From Methanobacteriota archaeon (GTDB taxonomy: Archaea; Halobacteriota; Syntropharchaeia; Alkanophagales; Methanospirareceae): a stretch of 48,751 nucleotides of DNA. A model generated the notes under the pieces. That model was not told where the DNA came from and did not search any database. It saw only the letters and a program-made list of their open reading frames with translations. The stretch is from the NCBI GenBank assembly GCA_034660015.1, contig JAYEII010000013.1, positions 1 through 48,751 of the forward strand. Reading direction: 5' to 3'. Position numbers and translations under genes: made by a program. Positions 21,061-30,167 of this stretch are shown piece by piece (position 1 is the stretch's first letter; every line of letters starts with the position of its first letter).

Positions 21061-22338
21061 ATGGCACAACGAGGAATAAGGGAATATGATGCCAAGAATA
21101 TGCTGGCTAAACGTATAGAGAGGTTCTCGAACGGAAAGTTAAAGTACAATGGCCGAGTCGCTCTGGTCACACCAGAGAGGAGCATTGAAGCAGTAAGCAC
21201 TGATGAGCCCTGGCTGAAGACCAGCAAACTGGTGGTGAAGCCCGACCAGCTATTTGGAAAGCGGGGTAAGCACGGGCTCTTACTGATGAACGCCACATAT
21301 AGCGAAGCAAAGAAATGGATAGAGGAGAAGATGAACAGCATCGTGGAGGTGGGCAAAGTCAGAGGGAAGCTCACGCATTTCCTCATTGAGCCCTTCATAG
21401 AGCATGATAAAGAATATTATCTGGCATTCACCGGACATCCTGAGGGCGATTACATCCATTTCTCGACAGAGGGAGGCGTGGACATAGAGGCAAACTGGGA
21501 CAAGGTTACCACCATCAACGTTCCCATAGAAGCGAATATTGAGGACGTTGACCTCTCACCTATTTTGAAAGGTGAGAACAGAGAAGAGGGGAGTACTTTC
21601 AGGGACCTCATAACGGCTCTATTCAAGTCTTACTGCGAACTGCAATTCGGGTTCCTGGAATTCAACCCATTCACCTATAATGCCGGCGAGTTTTTTCCGT
21701 TAGACACCGTGGCTCGATTGGACGATACGGCACATTTCATCTGCCACGGCGATTGGGGCGACATAGAGTTTCCTGTCCCCTTCGGTCGTGATTTAAGACC
21801 TGAGGAGCGGTACATAAAGAAGCTGGACGATAAAAGCGGGTCATCACTGAAACTCACTATTCTGAATCCCAGGGGTAGAGTGTGGACCATGGTGGCAGGA
21901 GGCGGAGCAAGTGTGATCTACGCAGACACCGTGGTAGATTTCGGATTTGGCGATGAACTGGCAACCTACGGCGAATATAGCGGTAATCCCAGCACAGGCG
22001 AGACCTACGAGTATGCAAAGACACTACTTGATTTGATGACCAGGGAGAAGGTGGAGGGCAGTAAAGTGTTCATCATAGGTGGTGGAATAGCGAACTTCAC
22101 GGACGTGGCAAAGACGTTCGATGGGATAATAAATGCGCTTGACGATTACGCGGAAAAGATAAAAGAGCATGGCATAAAGATATATATTCGGCGTGGGGGG
22201 CCAAACTACGAGGCGGGTCTGGAAAAGATTCGCGATGCGGGACAGAGATTAGACCTGGATATGGAGGTTCACGGACCTGACATGCACATGACAAAAGTGG
22301 TCGCTATTGCACTAAAAAATCTAAATGGAGGTGAGTAG
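21061..22338 (+). CDS. aclB: ATP-citrate lyase, ATP-grasp subunit
   Basis: VVKPDQLFGKRGK, WTMVAGGGAS, YGEYSG, GGGIANFTDVA, RRGGPNY. Confidence 0.93.
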   Translation: MAQRGIREYDAKNMLAKRIERFSNGKLKYNGRVALVTPERSIEAVSTDEPWLKTSKLVVKPDQLFGKRGKHGLLLMNATYSEAKKWIEEKMNSIVEVGKVRGKLTHFLIEPFIEHDKEYYLAFTGHPEGDYIHFSTEGGVDIEANWDKVTTINVPIEANIEDVDLSPILKGENREEGSTFRDLITALFKSYCELQFGFLEFNPFTYNAGEFFPLDTVARLDDTAHFICHGDWGDIEFPVPFGRDLRPEERYIKKLDDKSGSSLKLTILNPRGRVWTMVAGGGASVIYADTVVDFGFGDELATYGEYSGNPSTGETYEYAKTLLDLMTREKVEGSKVFIIGGGIANFTDVAKTFDGIINALDDYAEKIKEHGIKIYIRRGGPNYEAGLEKIRDAGQRLDLDMEVHGPDMHMTKVVAIALKNLNGGE

Positions 22339-22343
22339 GTGAA

Positions 22344-24209
22344 ATGGTCAAACCCGATTATGTGCTGTTTGATAAAGACACAACAGCCATTATATTTGGT
22401 AACCAGGAAGCGGCAGTTCAGAGGATGCTTGACTTTGACTATCTATCAGGAAAGGAGAGCCCATCCGTAGCGGCAGTTGTGAATCCCAGTGGAGGGAGCA
22501 AAGGATTTACGAAGGTGTTCTTCGGCTGGCACGAGATATTGATACCCATGTACAACAATCTCGAGACTGCGGTGGAGAAGCATCCGGAGGCTGACGTGGT
22601 TATAAACTTCGCGTCCTTCCGCTCGGCGTACGAAGTGTCTACGGAAGCTCTAAACTACCCGTCCATTAAGACGGTAGTCATTATTGCCGAGGGTTTACCC
22701 GAACGGCAGACACGGGAACTCATTGCTTTAAGAAAGAAACTGGGTAAGTGGATCATCGGTCCTGCGACGGTAGGGGGCTTTGTACCTGGCGCCTTCAAAA
22801 TAGGAAATGCCGGCGGCGCTTTGTCCAACCTGTTGCAGTCAAAACTCTACCGGTCGGGGAGCGTTGGGTTCGTGTCGAAGTCAGGTGGTATGATGAACGA
22901 GATGGCAAATATGATCTCGCGGAATTCAGACGGAGTGTATGAGGGAGTTGCCATCGGAGGGGATAAATATCCGGGTTCGACACTTGTTGAGCATCTGCTG
23001 CGATACGAGGCAAATCCCGACATAAAGATGATGGTGGTACTCGGTGAAGTAGGCGGTACGGATGAATATGAGATAGCAGATGCGATAAAGAAAGGAGAAA
23101 TAACGAAGCCAGTGGTAGCGTGGGTTACAGGCACATGCACAAAGGTATTTCCCAGCGAGGTGCAGTTTGGGCATGCCGGAGCAATGGCGCGGGGTGATGC
23201 AGAGACGGCAGATGCAAAGAACGCAGCACTCAAGGAGGCGGGGGCATACGTCCCCAGCTCATACGACGACCTCGATGACCTTATACGAGAGGTGTATGAC
23301 GATTTGAGGGCAAAAGGAATCATAGAAGAGAAGGACGAGGTGGAACCGCAAGAGATACCGGCAGGTTATAATCCGCAAACCATGCGAAAAGCCACCAACA
23401 TTATCAGCACTATCTCAGACGACAGGGGTGAGGAACTCCTATATGCTGGCGTTCCGATAAGCAAGGTTATCAGCGAGGGGTACGGGATAGGCGACATCAT
23501 CTCATTGTTGTGGTTCAAGAAGCGCCTGCCGATGTATGTCACTGAGTTCTTAGAACTTGCTCTAAAGATAACTGCAGACCACGGTCCCTGTGTGAGTGCG
23601 GCACATAATGCCATTGTAACCACGATGGCGGGCAAGGACCTGACGGCAGCCGTGGCATCGGGAGTATTGACAATTGGACCGCGATTCGGTGGCGCGATAG
23701 ATGATGCTGCTAAGTACTTCAAGAAAGCACGGGAAAGAGGACTAACGCCAGGGCAGTTTGTGGACGAGATGAAAGCCAAGAACGTAAATATACCTGGGAT
23801 AGGGCACAGGATAAAAAGCGTGCAGAACCCGGATATGCGTGTAAAGCTCCTTGAGGAGTGGGCTTACGCAAACCTTCCAAAGCATGAGCTGCTGGATTTT
23901 GCACTTGCGGTGGAGCAGATAACGACAGCCAAGCGGAACAACCTCATATTGAACGTAGATGGCTGCGTGGGTATTGTGTTCGTTGATATTCTGCGCTCCA
24001 CGGGGGTATATGCAGAGGAAGAGATAGACGAGATTATTAATATGGGCACGCTCAATGCGATATTCGTATTAGGGCGGACAATCGGTATGATCGGGCACTA
24101 CCTGGACCAGAAACGTCACCACTCCAGATTGTACCGGCATCCGTGGGACGATGTTCTGTATATGTTACCAAGTGAGAGAGAGGCATTGAAATACCGGAAA
24201 GCAGAATAG
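22344..24209 (+). CDS. aclA: ATP-citrate lyase, CoA-binding/citryl-CoA lyase subunit
   Basis: QRMLDFD, NFASFRSA, IIGPATVGG, catalytic QFGHAGA, ADHGPCVS, GIGHRIKS, LILNVDG, LYRHPWDD. Confidence 0.95.
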   Translation: MVKPDYVLFDKDTTAIIFGNQEAAVQRMLDFDYLSGKESPSVAAVVNPSGGSKGFTKVFFGWHEILIPMYNNLETAVEKHPEADVVINFASFRSAYEVSTEALNYPSIKTVVIIAEGLPERQTRELIALRKKLGKWIIGPATVGGFVPGAFKIGNAGGALSNLLQSKLYRSGSVGFVSKSGGMMNEMANMISRNSDGVYEGVAIGGDKYPGSTLVEHLLRYEANPDIKMMVVLGEVGGTDEYEIADAIKKGEITKPVVAWVTGTCTKVFPSEVQFGHAGAMARGDAETADAKNAALKEAGAYVPSSYDDLDDLIREVYDDLRAKGIIEEKDEVEPQEIPAGYNPQTMRKATNIISTISDDRGEELLYAGVPISKVISEGYGIGDIISLLWFKKRLPMYVTEFLELALKITADHGPCVSAAHNAIVTTMAGKDLTAAVASGVLTIGPRFGGAIDDAAKYFKKARERGLTPGQFVDEMKAKNVNIPGIGHRIKSVQNPDMRVKLLEEWAYANLPKHELLDFALAVEQITTAKRNNLILNVDGCVGIVFVDILRSTGVYAEEEIDEIINMGTLNAIFVLGRTIGMIGHYLDQKRHHSRLYRHPWDDVLYMLPSEREALKYRKAE

Positions 24210-24220
24210 AAGAGACAAGA

Positions 24221-24280
24221 AAATAAATTGTTGACACAGATTAACGCAGATTAAATAGAGGGAAGTTATATTACTTATAC
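24221..24280 (+). repeat. Repeat family A, internally deleted copy
   Basis: Left arm joined directly to TTAAATAGAGGGAAGTTATA tail; sits between aclA and icd. Confidence 0.8.
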
Positions 24281-24290
24281 AACGAAAAAA

Positions 24291-25502
24291 ATGACCGATA
24301 AAATCCAGATGAAGACTCCCTTAGTGGAAATGGACGGAGACGAGATGACAAGGGTAATGTGGAGCATGGTAAAGGAGAAACTTCTTTATCCCTACATTGA
24401 CCTCAAAACTGAATATTATGACCTTGCTCTTGAGAAGAGGGACGAGACCGATGACCAGATAACCATAGAGGCAGCAGAGGCGATAAAGAAGTATGGCGTG
24501 GGTGTTAAGTGCGCTACGATAACACCAAACGCAGCAAGAGTCAAGGAGTACAACTTGAAACAGCAGTGGAAGAGCCCAAATGGCACAATACGAGCCATAC
24601 TAGATGGTACTATTTTCAGAAAGCCCATAATGGTGCGGAATGTGAAACCCGCGGTAAGAAACTGGAAAAAACCAATCATATTGGGTAGGCACGCCTACGG
24701 CGATGTTTATAAGAATGTCGAATACCGGATTAGCGGTCCCGGGAGGGCAGAGATGGTGTTCACGCCCGAGAACGGTGTGGAAGTTAAGCACACAATACAG
24801 GAGTTCAGTAAACCGGGCATAATACAGGGGATACACAATCTTGACGACTCAATAAACAGCTTTGCCGAATCCTGCTTCGCTTACGCTCTCGACCAGAAAG
24901 TGGACCTATGGTTCTCTGTAAAGGATACCATATCCAAGACATACGACAATAATTTCAGGGAGATATTCGAGCAGATATACGAAGAGAAGTACAGGGGTAA
25001 GTTCGAGGATGCGGGGATAACCTATTTCTATACGTTAATAGACGATGCAGTAGCAAGGATAATCAGGTCGGAGGGAGGCATGCTCTGGGCGCTGAAGAAC
25101 TATGATGGCGATGTGATGTCAGATATGCTTGCCTCGGTTTTCGGAAGTTTAGCCATGATGACTTCGGTCCTTGTATCGCCACACGGCTACTTCGAGTATG
25201 AAGCGGCACACGGCACGGTGCAGAAGCACTACTACAAGCATCTCAAGGGAGAGAAGACCTCGACTAACTCCATTGCACTCATATTCGCGTGGAGCGGTGC
25301 GTTACGAAAGCGCGGAGAACTGGACGGCATACCCGAGCTTGTAGCATTCGCAGACAAATTAGAAGATGCAGCTACGGGCACAATAGAGGATGGTATAATG
25401 ACCGGCGACTTAGCAAAACTGGCTGAACCGCCTGCGAAGCGAGTGGCGAATACGGAAGAGTTCATGGAAGAGGTAAAGACGCGGCTCGATAATGTGCACT
25501 AA
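24291..25502 (+). CDS. icd: NADP-dependent isocitrate dehydrogenase (eukaryote-like subfamily II)
   Basis: [45 protein letters not shown]. Confidence 0.95.
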   Translation: MTDKIQMKTPLVEMDGDEMTRVMWSMVKEKLLYPYIDLKTEYYDLALEKRDETDDQITIEAAEAIKKYGVGVKCATITPNAARVKEYNLKQQWKSPNGTIRAILDGTIFRKPIMVRNVKPAVRNWKKPIILGRHAYGDVYKNVEYRISGPGRAEMVFTPENGVEVKHTIQEFSKPGIIQGIHNLDDSINSFAESCFAYALDQKVDLWFSVKDTISKTYDNNFREIFEQIYEEKYRGKFEDAGITYFYTLIDDAVARIIRSEGGMLWALKNYDGDVMSDMLASVFGSLAMMTSVLVSPHGYFEYEAAHGTVQKHYYKHLKGEKTSTNSIALIFAWSGALRKRGELDGIPELVAFADKLEDAATGTIEDGIMTGDLAKLAEPPAKRVANTEEFMEEVKTRLDNVH

Positions 25503-25519
25503 ATTACAGACAGTCCGAA

Positions 25520-25775
25520 AATTATTAACCACAGATTACACAGATTTACACAGATTTATTTAACTTGACAATGCCAGGTTAAACGCAGAGTTCACAGAGA
25601 GTGCAGGAAGATGGCAGTTTGAGGTTTAGCGGGTTAGAACGGCTACTAACACCTGACACCTAATTCCCTCTGCGGACTCCGCGTTTTCTGCGGTGAATTT
25701 TGAAATGCGACACTGTCAAATTAACTCTAACATTATTGATTCTTACTGTCAATCTGCGTTAATCTGTGTCTACAA
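25520..25775. repeat. Nested palindromic composite A[C[E]C']A'
   Basis: ACCACAGATTACACAGATT ... AACGCAGAGTTCACAGAG ... CTCTGCGGACTCCGCGTTTTCTGCGGTG ... AATCTGCGTTAATCTGTGTCT. Confidence 0.75.
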
Positions 25776-25776
25776 C

Positions 25777-26169
25777 CTATTCCCTTCTCTTTACCATCAC
25801 GCATACGTCATGCACTACTTTTATGTCGTTCTGAGCGCAAAACGATATTGCACGCTCGGATTCCGACCCTGGCTGCATCCACACTTTTTTTAGTCCTAAA
25901 TCCCGGCATTCCACGACTATTTTCTCCGTTACTTTTGGCGGGACCACAATATCAACAACATCGGGTTTTTCGGGCAGTTCGCTCAGCGAATGATAGCATC
26001 GGTCGCCTGATACGGTGTCAATGCTCGGGTTCACGGCGTAAACCATGTAACCTGCTTCTTTAAGGTCTTTGTATATCTGATGCCCGTATTTCGCGGGATT
26101 ACGCGAAACGCCAATGACTGCGAAGACGTTTTGTTTCCGAAGGAAGTCAGTTATCTGGTTTTCGGTCAT
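25777..26169 (-). CDS. CoA-binding protein (YccU-like)
   Basis: FAVIGVS.NP.KYG, VNP, PDVVDIVVPP, VWMQPG; start at MTENQ because the longer ORF reads through a non-coding hairpin. Confidence 0.9.
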   Translation of the reverse strand: MTENQITDFLRKQNVFAVIGVSRNPAKYGHQIYKDLKEAGYMVYAVNPSIDTVSGDRCYHSLSELPEKPDVVDIVVPPKVTEKIVVECRDLGLKKVWMQPGSESERAISFCAQNDIKVVHDVCVMVKRRE

Positions 26170-26228
26170 TTTATACGCTTTATTATTGTCTTTCTTTAGT
26201 AAAAGTTTAATGCCCAGAAGCCAATTGC

Positions 26229-26306
26229 GTATAATCTTGCGGATAAAAGAAGTTGCCGAAGACAATTTTGGCGAAGCGTAGCGAAGCCTTTTATCCGCTG
26301 TTGAGT
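26229..26306 (-). mobile_element. attC-like integron recombination site
   Basis: Minus strand: ACTCAAC (fits RYYYAAC) then GCGGATAAAAG...CTTTTATCCGC, an 11-bp perfect stem, then ATTATAC (degenerate GTTRRRY); 78 bp long. Confidence 0.6.
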
Positions 26307-26424
26307 GACTGAGCGAAGCGGGGCAAGGTACGAAGTGCCGCAGAGCTGCCCGAACTTTTTTTCTTTGCCTGTGACCTAATAAGTACAAAGGAAATTCACA
26401 TCCAAATAATATAAAAAGTCTTAC

Positions 26425-26862
26425 TTAATATGGATGAAAATGAGGCATTTCTTCAATTGCTTCAAAGCAGTCCGCTAACGAGATTTCATAAAATATTACC
26501 CACCATTTCCCCGTGTGGCGAAAATAGGCTAAATTATATTTGTCTTCTTTAAGATATTCAATACGAGCTAACTTCCAATCGTAGGTAGGTTCAATTGCCT
26601 CTGCTCGATTATCTTTATATTTTGCATAGAAATATATAAAGTTCTGCCACCATTTAGAATATATATCTATTACATATGATCCTAAATCTAATGCAGATTG
26701 GTCACTTGAAATAAACCTTGGTTTAAGAACAGATTCGATAAATTTATCGCATTTCTTTTTAATTCCTTCTTTTGTGAATTTATCTACTTTTTGTTTTGGT
26801 GAATTATAATACCAACTCCGAGCTTTTTTTGGCATAATTATTCCTTCATTACCCAATATCAA
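26425..26862 (-). CDS. Hypothetical protein, AT-rich (putative gene cassette ORF)
   Basis: Markedly lower GC than its neighbours; LARIEY..YNLAYFRHTGKW motif; true start possibly MPKK. Confidence 0.7.
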   Translation of the reverse strand: MILGNEGIIMPKKARSWYYNSPKQKVDKFTKEGIKKKCDKFIESVLKPRFISSDQSALDLGSYVIDIYSKWWQNFIYFYAKYKDNRAEAIEPTYDWKLARIEYLKEDKYNLAYFRHTGKWWVIFYEISLADCFEAIEEMPHFHPY

Positions 26863-26908
26863 AAATAAAAAGGAGGGGGAGGGGAAAAATACCCCCTGTT
26901 TTTTTTTA

Positions 26909-27829
26909 TTATTCCATTATTTTCTTGAGTGGCGGAATTATCCGGGGATACCCCACAGCCATCATGTGGCATCCCGCAGCCGGCGTTCCCTTTAGATGTT
27001 CCAGAAACCCGGTAAAGAATTCTATGTTTACTCTGTCCACCTCTTCCTTCTTCTTTTCCTTGTCCTTTATCTGTTTCGTCGCTCTCATGCTCTCTAAATA
27101 ATCCGGTGGCACGTCCACGCCCGCAACGTATTTATCGAAGAAATCCGCCTGCCCAAACGTCCTTGCAGGGAAAATCCCGACCAGAATAGGGACATCCGTC
27201 TTCCCCAGCTCGTTAAAGAACTTATCCAGCACATCCGTGTAGTAAACGACCTGAGTTTGCAGGTATTCGACGCCGGCATTGATCTTTCTCTTCACCTTGC
27301 CAACCTCAGCCTTCAAATGCGCTGCTCCGGGTGCCGCAGCACCACCCACATGCAGTTTCGGTGGGTCCTCTATGTCATTACCTGCAAGGTCTTTGCCCTC
27401 GTCCACCATTTTCCGTATCATGTGTATCAACGTGGTTGAGTCCAGGTCGAAGACAGGTTTTGCATCCGGTGTATCACCCAATGACACGTGGTCGCCCGCT
27501 AACGCTAAGATGTTCTTTATCCCTAATGTGCCGGCACCAAGCACGTCGGATAGAAGCGCCATACGATTCCTGTCCGAACACCTTAACTGGTAAACGCACT
27601 CCATGCCCGTCTCTTTTTGGATTTTATACGATGCGGCAAGGCTGCTGACATAAGCGAAACTCTGCGGATTGTCCGTTACGTTACAGGCTACCACTAAACC
27701 CAGCAACTCCTTCGCCATCTCTATCGGCTCGTTGACATTACCTGCTTTCTCTGGCTCTAACTCGCCTGTAAAGACGTATTTCCCTTCCTTAAACTCTCGC
27801 ATCAAATCGCTATAAACTGCATCTGTCAT
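26909..27829 (-). CDS. metF: Methylene-tetrahydrofolate/H4MPT reductase, flavin subunit
   Basis: GELEP, NVTDNP, CSDRNR.AL.SD..GA..LGIKNILALAGD, KINAGVEYLQTQ. Confidence 0.9.
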   Translation of the reverse strand: MTDAVYSDLMREFKEGKYVFTGELEPEKAGNVNEPIEMAKELLGLVVACNVTDNPQSFAYVSSLAASYKIQKETGMECVYQLRCSDRNRMALLSDVLGAGTLGIKNILALAGDHVSLGDTPDAKPVFDLDSTTLIHMIRKMVDEGKDLAGNDIEDPPKLHVGGAAAPGAAHLKAEVGKVKRKINAGVEYLQTQVVYYTDVLDKFFNELGKTDVPILVGIFPARTFGQADFFDKYVAGVDVPPDYLESMRATKQIKDKEKKKEEVDRVNIEFFTGFLEHLKGTPAAGCHMMAVGYPRIIPPLKKIME

Positions 27830-27847
27830 TTTTTTTCATCACACTCC

Positions 27848-28633
27848 TCACTCTTTTTTGGCTTCCTCTTCTTCGGCTGGTGGCTTAGCGAACGCCATAG
27901 ACATGTACCCACTGATGGTGTTTAAGTTCATCATAGCGCCCATCATGTCCATCATACCCATAGGCTTTTCCAGCTCGAATAGCCGCGGCCTCTTCATTTT
28001 GCTCCATTCGTGCGGGTCATTCATCTGCTCGAACGCATCGAGTTTGCCGAGTTTCTCCATCCGTTTGTATATCTTCACCCAGGCACAGTCCTTATCGGGG
28101 TCTATTTCGCATTTATCACCTTCTCGCACGCCACCACAGGGACCGTTCATCAATCCCTTTCCGCAGGAAGTCAGAGGGCAGACACCCGCAGTTTTGCCCA
28201 GTTCACACATTCCGCAGGACTGACAGGTCTCCTTGAACTTTGTAGGACCGCCGCCTACAAGTCCCAGTGGGTCATTTACCGGATAGACTTCCTTCGCAAT
28301 GCCCATCACTTCATCCGTATACTCGGTTACTACCTGCACACCGTCACCGCAGCTCATCACCATAATCGCATCGCAGTTCTCAACGGCACTTCGTTTTTTT
28401 TGCAGAAATATCGAACACTTCTCGGTTTCACATGCCTGCATACCCAAAGGCATGACAATTTTGGTGACTTCTTTCCCTTCCTTCGTAAGTTTCTCTGCCA
28501 TCTCATTCACCGCTTTTTTGTCTCCCGTACCATAGAAAGTAGCACAGCCACCACAACCCATTACTACTACCTTCTGTTTCCCCTCAAGATAACCCAGAAT
28601 CTCCTCCATAGGCTTTTGTTCTTGTGCAATCAT
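27848..28633 (-). CDS. metV: MetV Fe-S/Zn subunit of MetFV (MTHFR_C domain)
   Basis: GCGGCAT, SCGDGVQ, CQSCGMC..GVCPLTSCGKGLMNGPCGG..CE..C.W. Confidence 0.88.
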   Translation of the reverse strand: MIAQEQKPMEEILGYLEGKQKVVVMGCGGCATFYGTGDKKAVNEMAEKLTKEGKEVTKIVMPLGMQACETEKCSIFLQKKRSAVENCDAIMVMSCGDGVQVVTEYTDEVMGIAKEVYPVNDPLGLVGGGPTKFKETCQSCGMCELGKTAGVCPLTSCGKGLMNGPCGGVREGDKCEIDPDKDCAWVKIYKRMEKLGKLDAFEQMNDPHEWSKMKRPRLFELEKPMGMMDMMGAMMNLNTISGYMSMAFAKPPAEEEEAKKE

Positions 28634-28744
28634 ATCAGGTTATACCTCCATTTAATGGATTAATTAAAAGGATAATATATAAATTTTTCTATTTTTAAAT
28701 GTAAAGTTTAAATAGCAGGGTTAGGGATAAAGATAATTTAGACA

Positions 28745-29734
28745 ATGGCATTACCTCTGCCTGACGTGCAAGCTGGGAGCCCGGACATAAAGATAAACCT
28801 AACGAGGGTAGGCGTGACGGGAGTAAAGAAGTTAGTAGAAGTAGCGCGAGCTGGCGGTAAAAGACCGATAGTGCTTATTTCCGATTTTCATATCTTTGTA
28901 GACCTCCCGAGCAACATAAAGGGAGCAAATTTGTCGAGGAATTTCGAGGCGATGTACGAAGTGCTGGAAGAGGCGATTAACACACCGATATACGAGGTGG
29001 AGGAATTATGCAGTGAAGTAGCGAAGCGGCTGCTCGAACGCCATGACTACGCTTCTACCGCGGAGATAGGAATGCGAAGTGAGTACATGCTGAAAAGAAG
29101 AACGCCGGTGATGAAGATACAATGCCAGGAGCCTGCGATTATCTTTGCCGAGGCGCGAGCTTTTCGTAACCCTGACGGGGGGGTAAGGATAAGAAAGCAA
29201 ATAGGAGCGGAGGTGGCAGGGATGACCGCATGCCCCTGCGCACAGGAACTGATGCGGGATAATGTATCGGAAGAGCTAATGAAGATGGGGATATCAAAAG
29301 AGGAGCGGGATGCTTTTTTGAATACGGTGCCCATGGCAACGCATAACCAAAGAGGGCGAGGCATAATCTCGATTGAGGTGGAAGACGACATAAGAGTCCC
29401 TATGGAGCGGATAATAGGGATAATAGAGCGTTCAATGAGTGCCAAGACGTATGAAATCCTGAAGCGACCGGACGAGGCGAAGATAGTAGAGATGGCGCAC
29501 AAAAAGACGATGTTTGTTGAAGATTGCGTGCGTGAGATGGCGAAGCGCGTGGTAGAAAGGTTCACGGAACTTCCTGACGACTCGATCATCGGGATAAAGC
29601 AGATAAACGAAGAGAGCATACACCAGCATGATGCCGTTGCAGAGCGGATTGCCACGATGGGAGACCTGCGTAGCGAATTAAAAGAAAGCGATAATACGGA
29701 TGAAAAATTATTAACCGCAGATTACACAGATTAA
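28745..29734 (+). CDS. mptA: GTP cyclohydrolase MptA (FolE2 family)
   Basis: [50 protein letters not shown]. Confidence 0.93.
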   Translation: MALPLPDVQAGSPDIKINLTRVGVTGVKKLVEVARAGGKRPIVLISDFHIFVDLPSNIKGANLSRNFEAMYEVLEEAINTPIYEVEELCSEVAKRLLERHDYASTAEIGMRSEYMLKRRTPVMKIQCQEPAIIFAEARAFRNPDGGVRIRKQIGAEVAGMTACPCAQELMRDNVSEELMKMGISKEERDAFLNTVPMATHNQRGRGIISIEVEDDIRVPMERIIGIIERSMSAKTYEILKRPDEAKIVEMAHKKTMFVEDCVREMAKRVVERFTELPDDSIIGIKQINEESIHQHDAVAERIATMGDLRSELKESDNTDEKLLTADYTD

Positions 29735-29833
29735 CACAGATGATGAGAATCAACACGGTTAAACTAAACTAAATCGGCGTAAATCAGTGTAAATCCGTGC
29801 CTTAAATAGAAGGAGATTATGCTTTAATTATAC
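29703..29833 (+). repeat. Repeat family A copy overlapping the mptA 3' end and tRNA promoter region
   Basis: AACCGCAGATTACACAGATTAACACAGAT...AATCGGCGTAAATCAGTGTAAATCCGTGCC-TTAAATAGAAGGAGATTATGCTTTAATTATA. Confidence 0.85.
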
Positions 29834-29854
29834 ATACAGCAAGAAATGAAGAAC

Positions 29855-29928
29855 GCCGGGGTGGCCTAGTTGGTTAGGGCGCTGCACTCATAATGCAGAG
29901 GTCACGGGTCCGAACCCCGTCCCCGGCA
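29855..29928 (+). tRNA. tRNA-Met(CAT), probably elongator; no intron, CCA not encoded
   Basis: Acceptor GCCGGGG/CCCCGGC+A; anticodon arm CTGCA-CTCATAA-TGCAG; T arm ACGGG-TCCGAAC-CCCGT; G1:C72 argues against the initiator. Confidence 0.9.
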
Positions 29929-29943
29929 CTGCATCACATTTCA

Positions 29944-30167
29944 AAATTCACTCACCGCAGAGAACGCGGAGTTCGCAGAGGGAAAATAAAAAAAACCAGA
30001 AAATAAATTATAGACACAGATTAACGCAGATTAACACAGATGATAGGGATCAACACGATTAAACTAAAATAAATCGGCGTAAATCAGTGTAAATCTGTGT
30101 CTTAAATAGAAAAAAGCCATACTTTATATACAAAAAAAATCCGTGTAATCTGTGTAATCTGTGGTTA
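29944..30167 (+). repeat. Repeat C arm, full repeat A, and an extra A right arm
   Basis: CACCGCAGAGAACGCGGAGTTCGCAGAG; A copy 30000-30131; AATCCGTGTAATCTGTGTAATCTGTGGTT running into the larC stop. Confidence 0.85.

Noticed and set aside
21061-24209. Succinyl-CoA synthetase sucCD
   Set aside because: The citrate-binding GGGIANFT motif and the C-terminal citryl-CoA lyase domain identify ATP-citrate lyase
26170-26388. N-terminal extension of the 203-aa ORF 25777..26388
   Set aside because: It is a translation of the attC-like hairpin; the CoA-binding fold starts at MTENQ (26169)
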